Assembly: GCF_001194135.2 (NCBI RefSeq)
Contig: NC_069002.1
Location: forward strand, 23,650,101-23,714,100
Direction: 5' to 3'
Source: Octopus bimaculoides
Lineage: Eukaryota
DNA length: 64,000 bases
Shown here: positions 52,968 to 64,000 of the stretch, one piece after another
How positions within the stretch are numbered: position 1 is the stretch's first letter
Layout: each line of letters opens with the position of its first letter
The notes under the pieces: model-generated
Database searches by the model: none
The model's input: only the letters and a program-made list of their open reading frames with translations
Told to the model about the DNA's origin: nothing
Made by a program: the position numbers and the translations under genes

Positions 52968-53538
52968 GTACACACATTTATGGTCGCTGAAGAAATGTAT
53001 ATTTGTTTGTCAAAATCAATAAACTGAGACTAGTTGATATCAGCAAATTATGATGGAATATAATAAGACAAATTAAAAGATGGAAACAAAGTTAAAATCA
53101 TAATCGCAAGATTGATTTTATTCAAAAGAAAAAAGCAAAAATAACTGAATATTTCAAGAGATATTTGTTGTCTATTTTTCATCTGTTTCCTTGGATTTTC
53201 TTTAGGTTTTATGATTCACTAAATCCATTTGTTCAACCAAATGAAACTCCTGCTGGATAAATTAATTTGTAAGTGGTCGGGTATTCCACAGACTTGTGAA
53301 TTCTTAATATAATTTTCTGGTTGAATTAACATAACACAGTGTGTACCTGTGAGTCAATTTTAGTTCTTCAAATTAGAACAGTCCTTTTCAAAATTTGAGC
53401 TGATTGGAACATAGTTTCCTCTCTGTTACACACACACTCACATATATACACACAAGGAAAGGAAATGACAAAGGAATACACAATTATCTTATGTACTTCA
53501 TTAGCTTATTGTTGTTTCTGTTATAAGATGCATATTTG

Positions 53539-53620
53539 AGGCTCTGATGGAGCTATAGGGTGTTACTCAGACACTCAATTATGAGTCTATTGCACCTGAA
53601 GCAGAAACAACTGTAAGCTA
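53539..53620 (+). ncRNA. Type I hammerhead motif, family X (A9 mutated to G)
   Basis: aggct-CTGATGG (53544-53550)...GAAAC (53604-53608), loop AACT, GTA, then agct (4-bp stem I). Confidence 0.65.
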
Positions 53621-53880
53621 CTGAAGTTCACAAGATAATCATTTGTTACCCTCTTTTCTTATTTCCACTCTGTACTCAATAGTTTGTTCTGAAGAATTGC
53701 ATACTGAGTTCTACGCCAGGTTGTTAGTATCACAATGCCTTAGCAAAATATATCTGTATATATANNNNNNNNNNNNNNNNNNNNNNNNNNNNNNNNNNNN
53801 NNNNNNNNNNNNNNNNNNNNNNNNNNNNNNNNNNNNNNNNNNNNNNNNNNNNNNNNNNNNNNNNNNNNNNNNNNNNNNNN

Positions 53881-53911
<31 letters not shown>

Positions 53912-55442
53912 TTATATGAACAAATGAAAAGAAAGATATATTCAACGCATTTAGTAGGAGTTACATGTATTAGTTTCAAATTCTGACACAAGGCCAGCAA
54001 TTTCAGAAGGGGTAAGTCGATTACATTGACCCCATTGTTTAACTGGTACTTATTTTATCAGCCCCAAAGAGATGACAAGCAAAGTCAACCCTGGAAGCCT
54101 TCGAACTCAGAACATAAAGTCGAACATTTTCCCCAGTGCACTAACAGTTTTGCTAGTTCTATGTAATAGTTTCAAATTTTGGCAGAAGGCGAGTTCGGTG
54201 AAGGGTTATAAATTGATTACATCAACCCCCAGTGTTCGACTGGTACTTAATTTATCGACCCTGAAAGAATGAAAGGCAAAGCTGATCTCAGTGGAATTTG
54301 AACTCAGAACATAAGGAGGCACAAGATGACACTAAGTATTTTGCCCAGTGTGCTAACGATTCTGCCAGCTCATCCCCTTGCTAATTACATACATTATTAT
54401 TTAAAACAGTTTGATTTGGCCCAATGTGACTTAAAGCTTTTAAGCTTCTTACAGAAACCTGATAAGTTAGACACATCATCCTTATTTTTATCATCATCAT
54501 GTTCTATTCTGGGTTTCACAGATGGACAAGGATCAAATGTGTCCCCGGATAGAACCATACTCCAGTATCTGCTTTGGCATGGTTTCTGCCACTAGATGTC
54601 CTTCCCTTCACAAACCACTTTACAAAGTATACTGGGTGCTTTTTCATGCCCCACCACCACCAGCACTATGAAGGTCACCATGCTGTTTGCAAGGGTATGG
54701 AAGCTGAGGAGGGATGCATCCTTATGTTAGATGGGGTTACAGCATGAGAGGAGAGGCTGGGGTAGAGCAGGTTCTTGTAGCAGAGCTACGTAGCTACTCA
54801 CATTTAGGAAAGAGAGTGTGAGAATGAATTGGTGGCGTCTCCAAAGATATGTGCATGGATTTTGTGATTTTTTTATTAGGTATAGCAACACTAATAACCA
54901 CTCGTTACAACTCAATGTACATTCTTGTTTAGAATTAAGTGTTCGGTGAGTACAGAATGTGATATTGATTAATGAGTGGCAAGGGAACAAGTATTACATC
55001 AAGTTCATTAGTTTCTGATTGTAAAAAGCAGTAAACTCAGGGCTATAAGCCAATGAGGCTAATGATGTAATTCCTCTTGCCTCGCCATTCTATAATTAAT
55101 AGAAATGCTTAGTGGTAGTTCGCCTCTCTTTATATTCTGAGTTCAAATTCTGCCGAGGTTGACTTTGCCTTTCATCCTTTCAGGGTCGATAAATTAAGTA
55201 CCAATTGCATACTGGGGTCAATGTAACCAAGTGGCCCCCTCCCCCAAAATTTCGGGCCTTGTGCCTAGAATAGAAAGGAATATTATATATATACATACTC
55301 TTGTACATACATATGCATATATGCATACACACACATTCACACACACACACACACACATACACACACACACACTCATATATGTGTGTGTCTGCGTATAGTA
55401 TTCAAAACATTATTGTCTTCTTGTTTTATCTCTATCTCTCCC

Positions 55443-55483
<41 letters not shown>

Positions 55484-56684
55484 TGGTGTTCATAAGTGTT
55501 CATAACATCCAGAATAAAATCGATGTCTTAAAATATTCTTCATATCACTAATTGGTTTATAATATCTTTGTATGTCATTTATACTTTATTAATATACACA
55601 ATTTCATTTCATTATTAACTTATTTATACAAGGAATAGCAATCAAAATTAACAAAATTCCAAAAATTATTGGGTGATGCATGTACAAAATTATTCATAAC
55701 ATTTTGTTTAATAACTTATTTTATTTAGAAATTAATTTTAAACAATAAATAAACTTTGAAAGATAAATTAATAATTATTATTAATAATTGTTTGTAAAAC
55801 CTTAATATAATTGTGCTTGTGATTTGTATACACATTAATCTTATCAACAATTTTCCTTGCAATTTCAATTACTACATAAAAAACGCTGAAGCAAAATGTG
55901 ACCAGTGTTGACCTAAGAAAAATTGTAGAAGCTTACACGTCTTGTGCTGGATACAGAAAGATTTCTAATGATTTTCTGTGAGAGTAAAGTTTGTAAATTC
56001 ATTGTCAACATTTTTAGACTTTCACAGCCTCATCTTCAGGATGACGTGATGTTGGTGTGTGTTGCAGCGTCTTTATATTAGTCAGGGCCAATATGAATGG
56101 TGTTGACAAGTTCAGAGTGATTGGTGTTGGAGTTAACAAGTGAAAATAGGAATTTAAACTGTTTGCTTTCTGTCCATTTTGGTTTGTGTGTAATGTATGT
56201 TGCCTCAGTCTTCATTTTTAAACATATAACCACAATGCAACAATTATATCAGGCACCACATCTATTAGAAAATATGCAAACCATGCATATAGAATATACT
56301 GGGTTCAAATTCTGGCCGAAGCCCAGCATTTTTTTTTTATGGGGGTGAGGGTGGGGTCAGAAGGGGTAACTCAGTTATATTGACCCCCCCCCCCAGTACT
56401 CAACCAGTACTTATATTATCGACCCTAAAAAGATGAAAGGCAAAGTCGACCTCGGTGACATTTGAACTCAAAATGTAATGATGGACAAAATACTGCAAAG
56501 CATTTTTTGCCTGGCATGCTAACAATTCTTGCCCCGCCTTGCACATAAAATATATTATAGTAGAACAGATAAACATCAAATAGCATCATGAACCAGAACA
56601 TAAAAAAAAAAAACATTTCTAAACCATAAGCTGATACTAATACTATGCTAAAAAACATCATCATCATTTAGCACCCCTTTTTCC

Positions 56685-57031
56685 CATGCTATCAAGAATG
56701 GACCCAAAATATTCCAGGTAACTTTTTGTGGTAGCAGCCAGCACTGGTGAGGTTACCAAGTAATAGTGAGACAAACAAGATATACATGTAAATCTGTGAA
56801 GGACAATTTGACATGAACAGATAAGGCAGAAGTCTGTAGCGAGGTCCAGTGTCTGTTTTGCTATGGTTTTTGCAACTGGATACTTTTCTTAATACCATCT
56901 ACTTCACAGTGTACCAGGTAACTTTTTGTGGTAGCAGCCAACACTGGTGAGGTTACCAAGTAATAGTGAGACAAACAAGATATACATGTAAATCTGTGAA
57001 GGAATATTTTGGGTCCATTCTTGATAGCATG
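56685..57031. repeat. 90-bp direct repeat bracketed by a 31-bp perfect inverted repeat
   Basis: 56714-56803 equals 56914-57003 except for one base. 56685-56715 is the reverse complement of 57001-57031. Confidence 0.95.
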
Positions 57032-57863
57032 ATGCAGTTGCAATGTTCCACATCATGCAAATGAAACCTTGATGAGAAAAGATTAGTGAACAACAAATGT
57101 TTACTCTAAAGAATTATCCTCGAAAATAAATGATTAATGGTTGAAAGGATGCTCATAGCATTATTTACAAATAGCAAAACAAAAAAAAAATTTACAAGGA
57201 AAATACAAAAACTACAGAATGGAAGTATCTACACCAGGTGCATTGAGTGTACCTGTATAAAGACACAGCAGAACCTGCTAGCATTACCATCATCCTGAAG
57301 ATGGGACTGTGGAGGTCTAGAAACATTGCTGAGGAATTTAGGAACTTTAATGCTCCAAACAAACTGCAAGGCCATCATATTGAAATAGAGACAAAATCTT
57401 GATGAGATAAAAGTAGAACACACATTCAGTGTTTTACATAACATGTCAAAAATTCATTTCACATGTCTACAAATATATATGTGTGTGTGTGTGTGTGTGT
57501 GCGTGTGTGTGTGTGAGTGTATGCATGTAAGGATGTATGTATACATTCATGTCTATGTGTTTATGTCTGTTCCAATGTTGGTGTTAAAGTTTATGGCTAT
57601 GTGAAACCTGGGTTGTGTCAAAGAGCAAAACTTAGTAAGTTAGGGTGTTTGTGTGTACGACTTGTGAAACTTTGAATTCACTGTCAATAAAATTATTAAA
57701 ACTGTCTGACTTTGCACATCTACAGAGGCTTTTATTCAGTAAATGTACAACGTTTTTATGCTTAAAAAAATATTCTTAAACCATATACTAACATGCGTAC
57801 AGACATAAAAATTTACGTGTGTGTGTGTGTGTGTGTGTGTATGTGAGTATGTGTATGTTTGTG

Positions 57864-57925
<62 letters not shown>

Positions 57926-58756
57926 NNNNNNNNNNNNNNNNNNNNNNNNNNNNNNNNNNNNNNNNNNNNNNNNNNNNNNNNNNNNNNNNNNNNNNNNNNN
58001 NNNNNNNNNNNNNNNNNNNNNNNNNNNNNNNNNNNNNNNNNNNNNNNNNNNNNNNNNNNNNNNNNNNNNNNNNNNNNNNNNNNNNNNNNNNNNNNNNNNN
58101 NNNNNNNNNNNNNNNNNNNNNNNNNNNNNNNNNNNNNNNNNNNNNNNNNNNNNNNNNNNNNNNNNNNNNNNNNNNNNNNNNNNNNNNNNNNNNNNNNNNN
58201 NNNNNNNNNNNNNNNNNNNNNNNNNNNNNNNNNNNNNNNNNNNNNNNNNNNNNNNNNNNNNNNNNNNNNNNNNNNNNNNNNNNNNNNNNNNNNNNNNNNN
58301 NNNNNNNNNNNNNNNNNNNNNNNNNNNNNNNNNNNNNNNNNNNNNNNNNNNNNNNNNNNNNNNNNNNNNNNNNNNNNNNNNNNNNNNNNNNNNNNNNNNN
58401 NNNNNNNNNNNNNNNNNNNNNNNNNNNNNNNNNNNNNNNNNNNNNNNNNNNNNNNNNNNNNNNNNNNNNNNNNNNNNNNNNNNNNNNNNNNNNNNNNNNN
58501 NNNNNNNNNNNNNNNNNNNNNNNNNNNNNNNNNNNNNNNNNNNNNNNNNNNNNNNNNNNNNNNNNNNNNNNNNNNNNNNNNNNNNNNNNNNNNNNNNNNN
58601 NNNNNNNNNNNNNNNNNNNNNNNNNNNNNNNNNNNNNNNNNNNNNNNNNNNNNNNNNNNNNNNNNNNNNNNNNNNNNNNNNNNNNNNNNNNNNNNNNNNN
58701 NNNNNNNNNNNNNNNNNNNNNNNNNNNNNNNNNNNNNNNNNNNNNNNNNNNNNNNN

Positions 58757-58791
<35 letters not shown>

Positions 58792-58956
58792 TGCAGGCAT
58801 GGCTGTGTGATAAGAAGTTGGCTTCTCAACCACATGGTTCTGGGTTCAATTCTGTACTGAGTTGTACATTAAGCAAGTGTCTCCTGCTATAGCTTCAGGC
58901 CAAACAAAGCCTTGTGATTGGATATGACTGGTAGAAACTGAACAAAGCCAGTCATG

Positions 58957-58988
<32 letters not shown>

Positions 58989-59906
58989 TGTAAATATGAG
59001 TGTGTGTGTGTGTGTGTGTGTCCTCTACTGCCACAGGACAACTGGTGTTGGTTTGTTTATGTCCCTGTAACTTAGTAGTTTTGCAAAAAGTGACTGATAG
59101 AAAAAATACCGAGCTTAAAAATAAGTATTGTTGTTTATTTATTTAACTAAACACTTCAAGGCTGTGTTCCAATGACTGAAACAAGTAACACACACAACAC
59201 ACACACACACACATATATTTTATCATGTTAATCCTTACTCGTGTCTTCTCTCTCCATTATTCCATTCTCTGTCCCTTTTTCCCTCTCATCCTTTTCTGTC
59301 AAAGAGCATAAGCTTCTCTTCTTCCCAAGCATCAAACTAATACACCTGCTTGCTGTTCTCACACCTGTCTTTCTCTTTTGATTTCTGCAAATTTGAACTA
59401 TACATATACATTAGTCTATGCATCTCTGCTTGGTAAACCACATGTTTCTATGTTCATTTCTATTGCACACATTTGCAAATGTCTTCCACCATAGCCTTTG
59501 GCAAATCAAAGACTTGTGAGTCATCATCAACATCATCATCAGCATCATTGTCGTCATCATTTGATGTCTATGTTCCATGCTGACATAGGTCTGATTGTTT
59601 GACAGGGTTTGATGGGTCCAAGGACGGCATCCAGCTCCAATGTCTGCCTTAACAGGGTTTCTATGGCTCGACACCCTTCCTAATGCCAACCACTTTACAG
59701 CATGGAGTGGATTTGACTAATGGAAGCTGAAAGGAAGCCCATGTGTGTGTGTGTATGAGAGAGAGAGAGAGAGAAAGTGTATGTGTCTGTATGTTTATTT
59801 ACATCTGTGCTTGCTAATGTTATTCATCTAACCCATGCTGACATAGAGAAATGGACATAAAAGTGAACAAAAGATTATGTATATGCATATTATTTTCTTT
59901 TTGTTA

Positions 59907-59966
<60 letters not shown>

Positions 59967-61399
59967 NNNNNNNNNNNNNNNNNNNNNNNNNNNNNNNNNN
60001 NNNNNNNNNNNNNNNNNNNNNNNNNNNNNNNNNNNNNNNNNNNNNNNNNNNNNNNNNNNNNNNNNNNNNNNNNNNNNNNNNNNNNNNNNNNNNNNNNNNN
60101 NNNNNNNNNNNNNNNNNNNNNNNNNNNNNNNNNNNNNNNNNNNNNNNNNNNNNNNNNNNNNNNNNNNNNNNNNNNNNNNNNNNNNNNNNNNNNNNNNNNN
60201 NNNNNNNNNNNNNNNNNNNNNNNNNNNNNNNNNNNNNNNNNNNNNNNNNNNNNNNNNNNNNNNNNNNNNNNNNNNNNNNNNNNNNNNNNNNNNNNNNNNN
60301 NNNNNNNNNNNNNNNNNNNNNNNNNNNNNNNNNNNNNNNNNNNNNNNNNNNNNNNNNNNNNNNNNNNNNNNNNNNNNNNNNNNNNNNNNNNNNNNNNNNN
60401 NNNNNNNNNNNNNNNNNNNNNNNNNNNNNNNNNNNNNNNNNNNNNNNNNNNNNNNNNNNNNNNNNNNNNNNNNNNNNNNNNNNNNNNNNNNNNNNNNNNN
60501 NNNNNNNNNNNNNNNNNNNNNNNNNNNNNNNNNNNNNNNNNNNNNNNNNNNNNNNNNNNNNNNNNNNNNNNNNNNNNNNNNNNNNNNNNNNNNNNNNNNN
60601 NNNNNNNNNNNNNNNNNNNNNNNNNNNNNNNNNNNNNNNNNNNNNNNNNNNNNNNNNNNNNNNNNNNNNNNNNNNNNNNNNNNNNNNNNNNNNNNNNNNN
60701 NNNNNNNNNNNNNNNNNNNNNNNGTGTGTATTCTATTCATTTAGAAGAGAATATATGGAAAGCTGAAAGCATAAAGTCTGCCGAGAGTTTCTGATATATA
60801 ACCAGATGGAAATTATTTCTGTTCTGGTACAGATTTTCATCAGGCAAAAATCCACCTTTGCTGAAAACACTGGTTTACAAAACCAGTGTTATACATGGTC
60901 CGGAGCCAGTTGGTCAGTGGCTGCTGGTCACCATATTCGTTGTTTTGTAATCCTGCTCTTACCACGGACAAATTTCTATTGGTTAGAAATCCATATATCA
61001 ACAGGAAAAAGTTCCCATGTAGCCACGTATTGGAAACTCACAGGCTTATTCTCTGAATCAATACTGGTTTGCCTCTAGATCTTGGTTGATAAGAATGCTT
61101 CCTTATTGTTTTTCATCATTTCAGAACCTGTGTGTGTGTGTGTGTGTGTCACAGTTTCGACCAAACCATCAGATGCTGATCACAGTGTGCTTCCAATTCT
61201 ATCTTGATTGCTCCATTCCCTTCCATCTTGACCCAAATTGCTTAACTAAATCGTCTTCCCATCGTAATGGTAGCCTTCCAAGCAACCTTTTCTGATCTTT
61301 TGGATGTCACTGGTCAACTGCAAATGCCCACCTGTTGTCTGTGAACCTTGTGCTATCCCTATTCTGTGATCACATTCTTCACTCCACTCCATTCTCAAA

Positions 61400-61680
61400 C
61401 TGAGTGAACGTGTGCCAGATTTGGATGCTTAAATCTCAAAAAGAGTAAGGGCAGGATGGAAGGCATTTAACTCAATAAAGGAAGGGCTTCAAACAAAGCT
61501 GGACAATGCCATATGTATGAGACTCTTCAACAGCACCATCGTACCTGTGCTTGAATGCACAAATGAATCATGGGCTACAATGAAGAGGATAGGACATTGA
61601 TTGGCTACGAGGCAAAGGGCCGTGGAAAGAGCCATGCTAAGAATATCATTAAAGGAGCATATTCAAAATGAGAGATATAA
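61400..61680 (+). mobile_element. RTE-clade LINE fragment (different family)
   Basis: RVRAGWKAFNSIK..RLFNSTIVPVL..NESW..QRAVERAMLRISLKEHIQNE. Confidence 0.75.
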
Positions 61681-61939
61681 ATATATATACACTTGTCATC
61701 ATTATCATGATTATTGTCATTTAACATCCACTTTTCCATGGTAGCATGGGTTGGATGGAATTTGATTTCTAAGTAAGGTAATGTTTCCTGTGACCAGACA
61801 TGTTTTCATGGAAGATTGGAAACAAAAATCACTACTTGTATGGCAGGGAAATTTTTTTACAACTCACACACACACACACACATAGAAGATGTTTAGGTTA
61901 AGTTTGACTGTTTGCCTAAAAGAGAAAGGAAACACAATA

Positions 61940-62400
61940 TAGCAGCTAGGTTATGGCTGGGAGATAACAGCTTCCCCAAAGTAGGCACTCTCAACTTCCA
62001 CCAGGGCCTCAAGAAAACAAGCAAAACCTGGTGAGTGCATTCCACACTGTGTCCCTGGGAAAACCTCCTTGATCTTGGCCACCAGCTCAGGCTTGGTGTT
62101 GCGAGTAGAGCGGTCGATGTCTTTCTCAGTCATGCCCTACACATAATAATCCATAGGATTACAATCAAGGGAATTAGAAAGCCAGAAATTAAGTCTGGTG
62201 ATGTCATAGAAATCCTCTGACAACCACTTCTGACTATTTCTGGTCGTATGGTTATGAAGCGAATCCTGCTGCCACACATGGCTTTCCAGCAACAACCCTC
62301 TCCAGCCAGAGGTTGTCCACAGTCTCCAGCAGCTCCACTTAGCTGTCTGAAATGAGTCTAAGGCCCTGGTCAAATATTTTGGGATGAATTCCAGTGTGTG
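61940..62400 (-). mobile_element. Tc1/mariner transposase fragment (same group as 32620-33655)
   Basis: VWQQDSLHNHT..SQKWLSEDFYD..NFWLSNSLDCNPMDYYV (a decayed WPPNSPDLNP motif). Confidence 0.8.
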
Positions 62401-62799
62401 GTTGGAGTCAGAAAGCCATGCCTGCTGTGTCCCTTCCTGCTGGCCACTGTTTCATATTCTCTGTTGCACCTGTCCTTGCCATGTCTTACAGCCTTTACAA
62501 TCTTCACAGAGCATTCAGCAGCAGTCATGATGTTGGCATTTGCTTAGCTGGCATGAATCATCATGGTACAGGTATATGATGGCTTCCTGTCCTCCACCTC
62601 AGCTAACTTTTTCTCAGCTACATTCTTTATGCTCTCCAACACCATTGACTGTTTACCAATACATCAAGCTGTTGCTGAGAAAATGGAGACTAAAAAAATC
62701 ATCAAATTTAGCCCAAACGTGATTTATTTTGATATTTCTCTCAGGCATTTCAACACAAGTAATAACACAGTTCTATATTTAAGAGATGAGGAATTATGT

Positions 62800-62891
62800 A
62801 CGTTATTTACATTTGACAGATTTTTGTCCTCATCTTTGTTGTTAACACGTTTCGGCTGATATACCCTCCAGCCTTCATCAGGCGTCCGATG

Positions 62892-62951
<60 letters not shown>

Positions 62952-63115
62952 TCACTGCCTGGAATCAATCTCAGAATCTTGGAGTTAGTACCCCTGCTCT
63001 TAACCACTATGCCATGTGATGAAGGCTGGAGGGTATATCAGCCGAAACGTTGAGTTAACAACAAACAAAACGAGGACAAATATCCGTTGAATGTAAATAA
63101 TGTAAATAATGTACA
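62800..63115. mobile_element. Two inverted Penelope-pLTR-like fragments with hammerhead cores, separated by (ATT)n and a short tRNA-like segment
   Basis: 34 identical bp (tgatgaaggctggagggtatatcagccgaaacgt) on - at 62847-62880 and on + at 63017-63050. Similarity continues beyond these. Confidence 0.75.
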
Positions 63116-63239
63116 AATAATAACCTTGTGTTAGAATTCAATACACATATGCTTCGGAAAAAAGCATTGGCTGAGTACAGAGCACAGTTTGAAAGTAAAT
63201 ACAGGAGAAAGGAACAGGAAATTATGCAGGGAATTTCAG

Positions 63240-63317
63240 TAGCCTACAGCTGTTTCTGCGATAAGATGCAGTGTACTCAGAGAAGAGTTCTTGTGCATGT
63301 AGCTTCCTCAGACCTTC
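63240..63317 (-). ncRNA. Type I hammerhead motif, family X, minus strand
   Basis: CTGAGGA (63305-63311), GAAAC (63252-63256), palindromic loop AGCT, GTA. The 5' strand of stem II has a short deletion. Confidence 0.65.
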
Positions 63318-63336
63318 AAAAATGCACTTGATTTTT

Positions 63337-63420
63337 TAAGCTCTGAGGATGCTATAAAGTGATGCACAAGCACTCGGCTCCTAATGCAGTATATCTTATA
63401 GCAGAAACAAATGTAAGTTA
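63337..63420 (+). ncRNA. Type I hammerhead ribozyme, family X, best-preserved copy
   Basis: aagct-CTGAGGA (63343-63349). 8-bp stem II tgctataa/ttatagca. GAAAC 63404-63408, loop AAAT, GTA 63413-63415, then agtt (4-bp stem I). Confidence 0.75.
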
Positions 63421-63910
63421 CTGAAGTACATAACATAATTTTCTGTTTCTTTGTCATTTATTTCACTCCATATATATATTTATATGTGTGTATACACATA
63501 CATGCACATACACAGATATATACATTTGAGGGTTCTCTGATCTTCTTACAGACTTCATACACATTCAATATCGTATACTCTCTTTCAACACGTCTATTCT
63601 CCATGCTCAATTTTTTTAAAATCTAATTATCGCTTCCAGGATTTATTTCAATATTATTTTCAAATTCTATATCAATGTTTATTTTTATGTTTTATTTTAT
63701 TTTTTTTACATTACATTCTTATGTGTATTTCATAATTCCAGGATAAATATGTATGTTTTCATCTTCTATAAATTTTAAAACTGTTAGCTCTTGTGGTTGT
63801 TAACGAACTGTTAATTAGGCATATCCTATTCATCATCGTTAATAAATGAACATGACACCTTGTTGGATTTTAAAGCATTTATCACTTCAGAGTAGTATTA
63901 TTATTATTAT

Positions 63911-63949
<39 letters not shown>

Positions 63950-64000
63950 CAGCAGCAGCAGCAATAGTAGCGGCGGCGGTGGTGGTGGTCATAGTAGTAT

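Noticed and set aside
63128-63331. 67-aa ORF
   Set aside because: It reads through the antisense of the minus-strand hammerhead element.

Overview
This is eukaryotic, AT-rich, microsatellite-saturated draft-assembly DNA with about 20 N-gaps. The repeat landscape looks like a coleoid cephalopod such as Octopus, which is an inference I cannot verify by search. There is no intact long ORF, and almost all ORFs in the supplied track are microsatellite or gap artefacts. The window is mostly decayed transposons: several tRNA-derived SINE families, RTE-clade LINE fragments and their 3' UTRs, R4/Dong-like RLE LINE 3' ends in (TAA)n, Tc1/mariner remnants, TTAA- and TA-type MITEs, and two Penelope-like GIY-YIG remnants. 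A few short, spliceable minus-strand candidate exons suggest an unidentified gene with long introns; the best is 40353-40521. The most notable signal is a dozen or more minimal type I hammerhead-ribozyme motifs (CUGANGA...GAAAC-short, often palindromic loop-GUH) from several unrelated families. One sits directly behind a Penelope GIY-YIG ORF. Several form short head-to-head inverted pairs, and one ~130-bp family recurs at four loci. Coordinates of decayed repeats are approximate (about +/-20 bp). Ribozyme, exon and inverted-repeat coordinates were counted base by base.
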